From an uncultured delta proteobacterium (GTDB lineage Bacteria > Desulfobacterota > Desulfomonilia > UBA1062): 64,000 nucleotides of DNA. A program made the translations under genes and the position numbers. The stretch is from assembly GCA_963752595.1 (NCBI GenBank), contig CAVVYZ010000023.1, forward strand, positions 20,961 to 84,960. Direction: 5' to 3'. Shown here one piece after another: positions 31,829-41,323 of this stretch; within the stretch, counting starts at the first letter, position 1; each line of letters starts with the position of its first letter. A model generated the notes under the pieces. That model was not told the DNA's origin and did not search any database. It saw only the letters and a program-made list of their open reading frames with translations.

Positions 31829-32444
31829 ATGCCGGTACGGATTACCTGGCTTGGCCATGCTGGTGTTATGATCGAATCGGCCATTACCCTGTACATTGAC
31901 CCCTGGAAGGTTGGACATTCATTGCCGAAAGCCGATATAATTTGTGTAACACATGATCATTACGATCATTATTCTGAAAAAGATATCGAATCTCTTCGTG
32001 ATTCCGGCACCAGGGTTATTGCCCCCATGCACACGTCATGATCACGGATAACATAAGTACCGGCACATCGGTGACAATAAAGGGCATAACCATACAGGCT
32101 GTCCCTGCGTACAACGTGAACAAGGCATTCCATCCGAAAGAAAAAGGGTGGATAGGTTACATCCTGGATATTCAGGGAAAAAGGATCTATCACACCGGTG
32201 ATACGGATAAAATCCCGGAAATGGCGGGGATTGATGTCGACCTTGCTTTTCTTCCGGTGGGCGGCACGTACACGATGGATTCACAGGAAGCAGCGAGGCT
32301 GCCCATGATATGAAAACACGCATGGCCGTGCCCATCCATTACGGAGACATTGTGGGATCGGAAAAGGATGCTGTACGGTTTTCAGAATTATGCCCGTGCA
32401 CGGTCCGTATCCTCCATCCGGGTGAATCCATGGAATTACCATAA
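31829..32444 (+). CDS. MBL-fold metallo-hydrolase (indels)
   Basis: WLGHA, IDP, THDHYDH, YHTGDT, PVGG.YTM, P.HY. Confidence 0.9.
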
Positions 32445-32448
32445 GCCG

Positions 32449-34380
32449 ATGGATATCAATGTAAATAATATCAAGAGTGTTTTTGAGTCTGCTCCTTTTG
32501 CCGTTTGCGCATTCGACAGAAGCGGAACGGTGATCTACGTAAACAAGCTGCTGGAATCCAATATAGAACCTTCCGTGCTGCCCTTTGTAGGTAAATCTCT
32601 CTATGAACTGGTGCATAAGTTCCTTGTGGATGAAAGGCTTGAAAAAAATCTGAAGCGCCTGATTGAAAAGAACAAACCTTTTTCAGTAGTTGTGAAACAT
32701 TGAGTTCCCCACGGGTCCGTGCTTCAGGATTATAATATCACCTTGGCTATAAAATGGATTCCCTTTGTGCTGGTGGCTGATTTCGTCAAGTGGAACCCTG
32801 GGAAGGGAAGGGAGATACCGGAAACTCATCGAGGATGCCCCGGACGCCATCGTCGTTCATCAATAGCCAGGATTCATTACCTTCGTGAATCCTGCCTTTC
32901 CAATGTCATAGAAGCACATTCCGATCAAGTGCTCGGCAAGCCCATATTCGACTTGGTGGACGATAAAGGGAAAGAAGACCTTTCGCCATTGAGAAGAAAA
33001 TCTGCCAAACAGTTTTTTACCCAGATAACCATCCAGGCAAAAGATAAACAGAAGATCCTTGAGGGTAATTTTCAGTTCATTGAAGACAGGCCGGGCACAT
33101 CCATTGCCATGCTGAGGGATGTGACGGAGAAAGTCCTTCTTCAGAAACGGCTTCTCAGGCAGAATCAGGATCTTTCCGCCGTGAACTTGATTTCGAAGAC
33201 CCTCTCTTCATCGATCGAGCTCAAGGAGATCCTCCACAATACCCTTTCTCAGGTACTCCAGATCATGAATATCGAAACCGGCTGGATCTATCTCCTCGAA
33301 AAAGGGAAGAATATTCTGAGGTGCGCCTATTCCTACGGCATTCCCGATGAGGTCGCCCAATCCATAAAAGAGCTCAAGCTGGGCGAAGGGATCGCCGGCA
33401 GGGTTGCCCAGAGCGGCATGCCCATCATTATCGAGAATGCGTCGATGGACTCCCGGATACAATCACTGGCTTTCAAGAAGTATGGGTTCAGGTCTTTCGC
33501 CTCTATTCCACTCCAGTCGAGCAGCCGTCTGATAGGTGTCATGAACATCGGCTCCTTCGGCCAGCGCATCATATCACCTGATGATGAACGGCTGCTCATA
33601 ACGATTGGGGTGCACATGGGAACGGTCATGGAAAATATCCTGTTGTTCCAGGAGATCTCCAAAACCACCGATGAACTCAAAGATGCCCTGAACCTCATCA
33701 GGCAGCGGAACGAGGAGCTGAGGACCCTGGTATCGACTGTTTCCCATGACCTGAAAAATCCCATCATTGCCATTAACGGGTTCTGTGAACGATTCATGAA
33801 GTCTGCCACGGCAAAACTCACTGAAAAAGAAAACCAGTATATCAGCGCCATCCATGAGAGCGGAAAGCACATGGAGCAATTCGTCACAAACCTCCTGACC
33901 CTGTCTGCCGTGGAAAACCTCAAGCTCAGGAAGGAAGAGTTTCCGGTCAAGGACATCGTCGATGATATATGCATGGAGATGGCGGCTCAGCTTGACGACA
34001 AGAAAGGCAAAATATCTCTGGACAGCGAATTGCCGGTGGTAAAGGCCGACAGGATAAGGGTAATGCAGGTCTTTTCCAATCTCATTTCAAATGCGATCAA
34101 ATATGCAGACCCGAAAAAGGATCTTGTGATAAACATCGGATATCAACCCCAGTCAAAAATGCATATTTTTTATGTACAGGATAATGGTATGGGTATTGCT
34201 GAAGAGCATGCGGAAAACATCTTCGATATCTTTTACCGTGCCTATGAAAACCATGCAGAAGGTACGGGAATAGGTCTGGCAATCGTGAAAAAAGCATTAA
34301 GCGTAATGGGTGGAGATATCTGGATTAAATCAAAAATTGGACAGGGTTCGGTTTTCTATTTTTCCATTCCCATGGAATAA
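32449..34380 (+). CDS. PAS/GAF sensor histidine kinase (indels in 5' part)
   Basis: GEGIAG GAF, SHDLKNP, NLISNAIKY, DNGMGI, GTGIGL. Confidence 0.92.
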
Positions 34381-34419
34381 CCATACGCCCCCGTTTTACC
34401 AGTTTAATTGGATATACAT

Positions 34420-36053
34420 ATGGACAAGAATCAGAATATATTATTGAAAATCATCTTATGCATCGCCGTTGCCGCCCTGTTCATCAACATAGGCGGAAAG
34501 GCCTTGTGGGATCCTGATGAAGCGAGATATGCGGAGATGGCACGTGAAGTCGTGGTGCTCAACGATTGGCTGACGCCGCATCTCAATTTTCTGCTCTATT
34601 TTGAAAAACCCATGATGTATGTCTGGATGGTGGCGGCGAGCTTCAAGGTATTCGGTGTAACGGAATGGGCTGCCCGGCTTGTTTCCCTCCTGTGCACCCT
34701 GGGAGGTGCCGCCCTGACAGGATATATGGCCTATAAACTGTGGGGACGGAGAGCAGGACTCATTTCCGCAATAATACTCCTGACCTCGCTTGAGTATTTA
34801 CTCATGGCCAATATCGTTGATCTGAACATGGCCCTTACCTTGTTCATAACTGCAGCCATGGTTTTTTTCTGGCAGGGACAGCAGGAAAAGAAGGCACTCT
34901 GGTTTTATCTCTTCTGGATATCCATGGCGCTGGCGACATTGACCAAAGGGCCATAGGGATTGTCCTGCCTGCAGGAGCAATCGCCGTATATATTCTCATG
35001 ACAAAGCAGTTCAACCTGATTAAGGAGTCCAGACCAATTTCGGGCATCCTGCTTTTCCTGCTCATTGCAGCTCCCTGGTTTCTGTATATGAGCATGAAGC
35101 ATCCTGATTTTTTCTCTTTTTTCTTCATAAATCAGAACATACAACGGTTTGCGGTATCCGATGAGCATAACAAACCTTTTCATTATTTCTTCATGATCAT
35201 CATCATGGGATTCCTTCCCTGGACTTTTCTGTTTCCTTTATCGCTGAAAAAGATATGGGATAAGGGCATCTCGAAAGAGATCATCTACCTGGCCTGCTGG
35301 TTTCTGGTCATCCTCACCTTTTTCACCTTTTCCCGGTCAAAGCTGGGTACGTACGTGTTTCCCTGTTTTCCCCCGCTGGCCCTTTTCGTGGCAGATGTCC
35401 TGAGAGAAAAAAAAGAAGGATTGAGGATACCGCTTTACGCAGCAGGGATCCTGTGGATCTGTCTCGGCCTGGTATTACTGTTTTTCTCGGTACTGGTTTC
35501 AAACGGCATACTGAAGTTATCATCGTCCAATGCCTTGCCCCTCATGGATATCGGTCACTGGGGTGGCGCCATCATAACAATTGCTGCACTCACCGGCATC
35601 CTCCTGGGCAGAAGATACGGAACGGCCCTGGGGTTTGCCGTCCTGGGAACTGCACTCATCATAACCGTCAATGGGTTCTCTCATTATTGGGATGATATGG
35701 AGTCAACCAAACACCTGGTGAAGGATCTGCCGTCACAGGCGATCCTCTGCTCCTATAAGAGATATTATCAGAGTGCGAGCTTCTATGCTCAGAAACAGGT
35801 GATATTGGTGGATACTCTGGGAGAGCTGGAATTCGGTGTCCGGCACCATACCGGTTCCCCCATAACCATGACCCTGGACACCCTCAGCCGTCTCATGGAA
35901 ACGGATAAAAAGGTCTACTGCATAACCTCGGTAAGACATCTGCCCTTTCTGCTGGCCAATATTCCCGATGCCGTTGTGACAAAACAGATCAAGGGATACG
36001 CGCTGCTGCATGTCCCTGAAAGCAAAGAACGATTTTACCAGCTGATCCAATGA
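34420..36053 (+). CDS. ArnT/GT83-like integral-membrane glycosyltransferase (one indel)
   Basis: DPDEARYAE.ARE, YFEKP, LTKGP, PWF, SKL.TY. Confidence 0.88.
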
Positions 36054-36081
36054 GTTTTATAACCCCCTGTGGTAATTCCAC

Positions 36082-36110
36082 TTGACACCCTCAGGGGTGG
36101 ATTGTATAGA
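36082..36110 (+). promoter_or_regulatory. Promoter of tRNA-Val
   Basis: TTGACA-17 bp-TATAGA just upstream of the tRNA. Confidence 0.5.
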
Positions 36111-36123
36111 TTCACCACGGTTC

Positions 36124-36195
36124 GGGCCGCTAGCTCAGCGGGAGAGCGCTGCCTTCACACGGCAGAAGTCACAGGTTCAAATCCTGTGCGGCCCA
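36124..36195 (+). tRNA. tRNA-Val(CAC)
   Basis: Acceptor stem GGGCCGC/GCGGCCC, D arm GCTC/GAGC, anticodon arm CTGCC-TTCACAC-GGCAG, T arm ACAGG-TTCAAAT-CCTGT. Confidence 0.96.
36171..36188 (+). repeat. attL core (tRNA T-arm)
   Basis: Identical to 42506-42523. Confidence 0.88.
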
Positions 36196-36236
36196 TACCT
36201 AACTCCTTAATATAATTGTCATATTTTAACTCAAAT

Positions 36237-36258
36237 ATGTTCGCGGAATGTTCGCGGG
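36237..36258 (+). repeat. Putative integrase arm-type sites (2 x TGTTCGCGG)
   Basis: ATGTTCGCGGAATGTTCGCGGG is identical to 42452-42473. Confidence 0.75.
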
Positions 36259-36356
36259 GTTTTTCCAAACCTGTTTTCACTTGTTTATTTTTTTTCAAAT
36301 ATGCAAGATGCCTAAATAGATAATTGATTTTTTTTATTGTTTAAAAGGGATAATAT

Positions 36357-37148
36357 ATGCCACGTGATCAAATACTAAAAAGGGCTTTTGAAATAGCAGA
36401 CGATGGTATGCAAGGTGCTGTTGGATATTTTTATTATGTTGTTGCTGCTCAAGGATTAGCGAAAGAGGAGAGAATAATAGACTACCTCCCAAAAGGATTG
36501 GCTAAACAAAGCGATGGAACACACAAGCCAGCATTCGTTATGAATATGTTCCATCAATGGGTTCGATTTTATAATCCTTTAGAACTCATTCAAACAATGC
36601 ATTCTGTTTTCATACCATACCACATTCGTACATGTTTGTTAGGTATAGTAAGCATCTTTGAGGGATATCTACGAAACACTACTGATCGCTTAGTTAAAAA
36701 AGGATTAATTCCTCGATTACCGGATACTTATAAACAGCGTCTAAAATGGGCGATCGACATTGTACTTACTTCAAACTATGGCGATTCGGAAATGCAAAAG
36801 AGATGTCCGAAATTATGTCTGGATTTAGACCATGCGAGACGTATAAGGAATTTATGGATGCATAATAATGGCAATTTTAATAAACGGTATAAGAGGGATG
36901 CTTTAGCTATTGCCGGTCATGATGCGATAGTTGTACCGGCGTTCTTAAAATTTAAAAAATCTCCCAAAAGTAAAATTGCTTTTCCTATTGAAATGGCACT
37001 ATTCGAAACAATTTCTTGTTCTCACATAGAGGCACTACATCATATTAACCACATGCTACAGACACAACATTTCGGCCAGAAAAGGTCATATGGATATGCA
37101 CGTGAAAATAAAAAAATCGAATGGGAACGCCTACTAACGGGAGTTTAA
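36357..37148 (+). CDS. Putative HEPN-domain RNase
   Basis: IVSIFEGYL helix plus RNLWMH (Rx4H) motif; intact ORF with RBS. Confidence 0.65.
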   Translation: MPRDQILKRAFEIADDGMQGAVGYFYYVVAAQGLAKEERIIDYLPKGLAKQSDGTHKPAFVMNMFHQWVRFYNPLELIQTMHSVFIPYHIRTCLLGIVSIFEGYLRNTTDRLVKKGLIPRLPDTYKQRLKWAIDIVLTSNYGDSEMQKRCPKLCLDLDHARRIRNLWMHNNGNFNKRYKRDALAIAGHDAIVVPAFLKFKKSPKSKIAFPIEMALFETISCSHIEALHHINHMLQTQHFGQKRSYGYARENKKIEWERLLTGV

Positions 37149-37216
37149 GAGTTAAACGCTCAAGGCAATATTTTATTTTTCATATTTTTTAACATTCGCA
37201 GATCGGGTCTGAAACA

Positions 37217-37632
37217 TTATCGATATAACATTTCAATGCCTCTTTTGTCACAAACATCATATAAGTCAATTGTATTAAAACAGATAAAGCCATCAATAGA
37301 TAATGACACATCTTCAAGCATTGATCTAATCACATGATCTACCAAACTGTATGTTTTAGTTTGTTTTTCAAGCACAAATTCTAAAAGAGGTTCACGATAG
37401 CATTTATCTTCAATCAATATTGTTGAGGGTAAATCTAAGAAATGTTTAAATCTAACAACATCATGCTTTCTACGAACTAATCGAGTATGAATCGTCTCAT
37501 AAAGGGTGGGCCAAGGGACGAGTAGTGAATGAACTTGTATCTGTTCATCACCATAGCTTCAGAGTGAAAAGCATCTCTTTCATTGAATAAGGCGAACCAA
37601 TAACCTGAATCAGCAAAAATATTTTTTGGCAT
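37217..37632 (-). CDS. PIN-domain (VapC-like) nuclease (one indel)
   Basis: MPKNIFADSGYWFAL...D.FH, PWPTLYET, SLVD, CFN..D; TAATG coupling to the upstream gene. Confidence 0.75.
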
Positions 37633-37962
37633 TAGATATCATCCTCTGATTCCGCGCCCCCATAACCTTTCCAAGGTGATGCCTTGCGTTTTCCAATGAT
37701 AAATCTACCTTTATTGAGCCTCCGAAGATTTCCAAATAATATATATCCTATCTGATTTGGAAAAATTTACATTTTCTTCCAATTCTTGTCTTAATTTAAT
37801 AGATATATCATCCTCATCATCTTTAAGTGCAGAATATTGAAATACTGCCAAACTACCACCACATTCCTTTGCATCGAGATTATCTAACCATTCATAAAGC
37901 CCCGCATAATCTCCCTTCACTCCAAGGTCATATGAAAGCCATATAGTTTTTTTCATTTTCAA
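37632..37962 (-). CDS. Small Cas2/VapD-like hypothetical protein (one indel near 3' end)
   Basis: IWLSYDL....DY..LY.WLD...A.ECG..., DRIYII; continues GRFIIGKRKASPW.GY in the next frame. Confidence 0.55.
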
Positions 37963-37978
37963 AAGTCCCTTCTGTTCT

Positions 37979-39091
37979 TTAATAGATTTTTCTCTTTTTG
38001 ATTTCGATTATTTTCCCTTCAAGTAAAGCTCTTTTATCATCCAATTCAACCTTCCCATACCGATATACTGATTGAACGCTGGCATGTCCTGTCGCTATCT
38101 TAACTTGTTCAGGAGAATATTGCTTCATCATCTTTGTAACCGTTGAATGCTTTGTTCCTGAATATAGGTTAATCTGAACGCCCGTTTCCTTACAAGCCTC
38201 ATTCCAAAGCCGGCGTACTATGTCCTTAGTGTATCTCTTATGAGGATGATTTGATTCTTTGCAGTTGAAAACAAAGGGGCTAAAGGGATAATCGGTTGCC
38301 ATGCTTTCAAGGATCTCCACAAAATCTGATACAAGAGGGACCTCGTGAATCTTTTTATCTTTTGTGTATACTACTTCCTCACCGCCTGAAATTCCTCTTT
38401 GAACAATGAAAGCCTTTTTATTGGGTCATAATCCTGTTTCATGAGCATCATGGCTGAACTTGGCCTTATCTCAGGATGATATTTAAGCAACCAGAAGATC
38501 GGCTGATGTTTTGTTTCAATAGCTTTAATAATTTTAATCTGGATTTCTTCTGTAACAGCCTTTGGTATTGGATCAACAATTTTATATTCTCGTCGCTTAA
38601 GGGGAAGGGGAGGGAATCTATTAGCTCAGATCTCCAAGCATAATCCATTGCTGATGAAAGACTATCTATAACTTTTTTACGAGTGTTCGGAGTAATCTCT
38701 TTTTTGTCGAGCTCGTTCTTGAGCTGCTTTATGACTTTGAGTTTCACTTCATGAAGCTGGTATTGATACTTGATGAAGAAAGGCTCTAGGTGGTTATTAA
38801 CATACCCCAAATAGTTTTTATAAGTGCCGGGAGACCAATCTCCTTTACATTCATCCAACCATTCACGCAAAAATTGAACTACATTTGAATCTCCATGATA
38901 ATATTTTCTCGGATTAAAAACACCCCGTTCGACATCACCTTGCATCTGATGGAGGCATTTTTCAGCGTCCTCTTTAGTTCTCATCCTTAATCCACGATAG
39001 AATGAGACCTCATACCGTTCGCCTTCATAAAAGAATTTGAATAGAACCAGGTTTTCTTTACTCCATGACGTTGATGGATGCTCCCCTTCAT
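37979..39091 (-). CDS. Tyrosine recombinase/integrase (indels)
   Basis: MKGSIHQR arm-binding N-terminus, SPGTYKNY core-binding region, IRP, LYSGTKHS, TGHASVQSVYRY. Confidence 0.88.
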
Positions 39092-39121
39092 ACAGGTCTC
39101 CAAATTATCACAATAGCTGTT

Positions 39122-39150
39122 ATGGTAAACCTGTTTTTTGTGGAGGTCAA
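39122..39150 (-). promoter_or_regulatory. Integrase promoter
   Basis: TTGACC-17 bp-TACCAT. Confidence 0.6.
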
Positions 39151-39269
39151 TTGCATCGTGGAAGCCCTTATATTTAAACCTTTTTTAAAATTACACTTGA
39201 AGTCCGTTAATAGACGATCTTTTCCTTTTTCAAATTTTTCTTTGTTCTAAAATCTAAGGATTAAAAGGA

Positions 39270-39939
39270 ATATCAGTACTTTCTATTATCAGTCTGTGGT
39301 TATTGAGCCACTGATAGGGATTTTTCACAAAGAAATACATGGTCCTTCTATCTCTTACCCCTGTAGCTCTTCTAGTTGCCTTTGAAGTATATAAAAAGCC
39401 CTCTCAGTCATAGGATAGGTTACTTTGGCAGAAAAAGGGATTTTACCACCTTTACCCCATACATTACCCAGATCTGCATCATAATCTTCAAGGTCTTCTT
39501 TCCCGAGATACTTGCCAGCATAGCCCATTATCCCATTTTCACTTTTAATGGTTTCAACCCTTGTTCCTGCTAATAGATGTTTATCAACTCCAGAGCTGAC
39601 AACATTGAACCATATTGTTGCGATCAACTTACGGGCATCTTCATAAGGTACTCCCCACAGAAAGAAGTGATAGTGAGGAGCTATCTCACCTTTATGAATT
39701 CCAGACTTCCTTTTCTTTATTTCTAAACGCCATATGTAACCGAGATAGGGGTATTCTCTTTTTAAACGCCTGAAGAACTCCTTTATGTGAGCCTTGCTTT
39801 CTTTTGGACTTGGGATTTTTTCATCAGGATATGTCAGCGTTACAAATATAGGTTTTTTATTTCTCTTAACCATTGCCATCATGAGCATTAAACCTTTTCG
39901 ACTTTGTCTTGAAAACCTCTTTCTTATCGCACCAGCCAT
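39270..39939 (-). CDS. HUH rolling-circle replication initiator with two catalytic Tyr
   Basis: Motif I FVTLTY, motif II PHYHFFLW, motif III YAGKYLGK; C-terminus likely extends past 39355 via an indel. Confidence 0.85.
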
Positions 39940-40334
39940 GAATCATCTCCTTTTTTAAACACTAAAACTTTCACTATACCGTTGTCATACTGGATCACCT
40001 CTTTGACGGATTTTCTCCTTCCCTTGGTTTCCTTGAAGATTATCAATCTGCCTTCAGGATAGTAATCTATGACTATGAGATTATTACCTTTTACATTTAT
40101 TCTTCTAGGTATATGCTTATGGTTTGATGGATGATTTGTTTCATAGGTATGTGTTCTTGAATTAACATAGGACAAGCCCCTGGCACCTTCGGTGCCTCTG
40201 CCGCTTGCGCTCGCTTGCTCCCCTCCCATAGTTCGCCGCTCGCTTGCGGCAGGGTCATCAGGTTCAATCTCAGAAAGTGGTCTTATTGGATATGCGTTTT
40301 CAAAAAGATTAAGTTGTTTTGGTTGTTTTGCCAT
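39924..40334 (-). CDS. Hypothetical protein upstream of Rep (or Rep N-terminus) with QLNLF clamp-binding-like motif
   Basis: 136-aa ORF overlapping rep by 16 nt; spans the GC-rich hairpin cluster. Confidence 0.55.
   Translation of the reverse strand: MAKQPKQLNLFENAYPIRPLSEIEPDDPAASERRTMGGEQASASGRGTEGARGLSYVNSRTHTYETNHPSNHKHIPRRINVKGNNLIVIDYYPEGRLIIFKETKGRRKSVKEVIQYDNGIVKVLVFKKGDDSWLVR
40161..40254 (-). other. Candidate double-strand origin
   Basis: GC-rich hairpins (CTGCCGC/GCGGCAG, GGCACC-GAA-GGTGCC), repeated GCAAGCGAGCG, followed by GGGCTTGTC. Confidence 0.45.
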
Positions 40335-40368
40335 ATGGGGCTTTTCCCTCTCTTTGAGAGAGCCCCAC

Positions 40369-40397
40369 TTGACTCTTTAGCTATAGAAATATACATT
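40369..40397 (+). promoter_or_regulatory. Antisense promoter in the rep leader
   Basis: TTGACT-17 bp-TACATT. Confidence 0.65.
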
Positions 40398-40402
40398 TAT
40401 AC

Positions 40403-40484
40403 AGCTGAGTAAGCCGAAAGGCCCTCATGCTCCAAAAGGCCAGGCATTGCGTCTCGCCAAAGTCCGATGCCTGGCTTTTCCTTT
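40403..40484 (+). ncRNA. Candidate countertranscribed copy-control RNA
   Basis: GCC-GAAA-GGC hairpin then terminator AAAAGGCCAGGCATTG..CGATGCCTGGCTTTTCCTTT; antisense to the rep leader. Confidence 0.55.
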
Positions 40485-40493
40485 AATTAATTC

Positions 40494-40896
40494 TTATTTT
40501 TTTTCACGCGTGCCATATAAAGCCCTTTTTCTTTGTCATAACTTTCATCATCTATTCTATATTCTTCTTCCCTCTTTATTCTCATTTCTTCTTTTATCTT
40601 TTCAACATCTTCGGCAGGGGATATAAATGTAAGCCCCGTGGGTTCGATTTAGGAGAACACGTAGGGCATGTGTTAATTTACTATCTTGATCATCATAACT
40701 AAACCTATAGGCCCTTATACGTTTCTCTTTTCTTCAAGTTGATGATATAGGCTCTGCTCACATCTAGCCTTCCAGCAGCCCCACCAGGAGAAACCACTTG
40801 CCCTTCAAATTCTTCACACACTTGATTAAACTCATCAAACGAGTTTAATTTAATTGTTCCACCCTCACATGATTTGAAGTTTTTTTTCTTATCCAT
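40494..40896 (-). CDS. Small HTH DNA-binding protein (Xis/Cop-like; indels)
   Basis: VSPGGAAGRLDVSRAYI helix-turn-helix; AAGGAA RBS. Confidence 0.65.
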
Positions 40897-40938
40897 GACT
40901 TATGTTCCTTTCGTCTTTAGGATATCTACTAAACAAGA

Positions 40939-40977
40939 GTTAGTAACATAGGTTAGTAACATATGTTAACAACATAG
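40939..40977. repeat. Three tandem 13-bp repeats (operator or iterons)
   Basis: GTTAGTAACATAG GTTAGTAACATAT GTTAACAACATAG. Confidence 0.8.
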
Positions 40978-41002
40978 ATCAAGTATAAAAATGTGATGAT
41001 CT

Positions 41003-41200
41003 CTACGCTTCACTCCCCCGGCTCCCCACAGGTCCGCCGACCCTCCCTTCGTCCTCTTTTCCTGACTGCCGAAAGACTGACCCCTCTGGGCCTCCATTGT
41101 GCCTTCATTACATTACGGCACAACAGAACCTAGGCCCTGGGAAGCTATCCGGGGTCTCGGCGGTCAGAGAGGAGTATGGGGTAGCGTTCAGCTACGCTAC
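41003..41200. other. Candidate single-strand origin or packaging hairpin
   Basis: Nested stems TCCTCT/AGAGGA, CTGACTGCCGA/TCGGCGGTCAG, GACCCC/GGGGTC, GGGCCT/AGGCCC, TTGTGCC/GGCACAA; TAGCGT hexamers adjacent. Confidence 0.55.
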
Positions 41201-41323
41201 GAGAAGATAGCTTCAATGAAATCTATAAACGCAAGAATAATGAATTATTCAGCCTCAAAGTAGATCATTTAATTATAATATGATATTAAATCCTTAGACC
41301 GCTTCTAAAGAGAGGGTATAAAT

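Noticed and set aside
37632-37962. CRISPR-Cas locus suggested by the Cas2-like protein
   Set aside because: No repeat-spacer array, cas1 or effector gene is visible in the window.
39924-39960. Programmed -1 frameshift at TTTAAAAAAG joining the pre-Rep ORF to rep
   Set aside because: The rep frame has a TGA between the A-run and the rep ATG, so slippage there would terminate.
40404-40430. Hammerhead ribozyme (CTGAGTAAGCCGAAAGGC)
   Set aside because: Lacks the CUGANGA core, and the GAAA is a tetraloop rather than following stem II.
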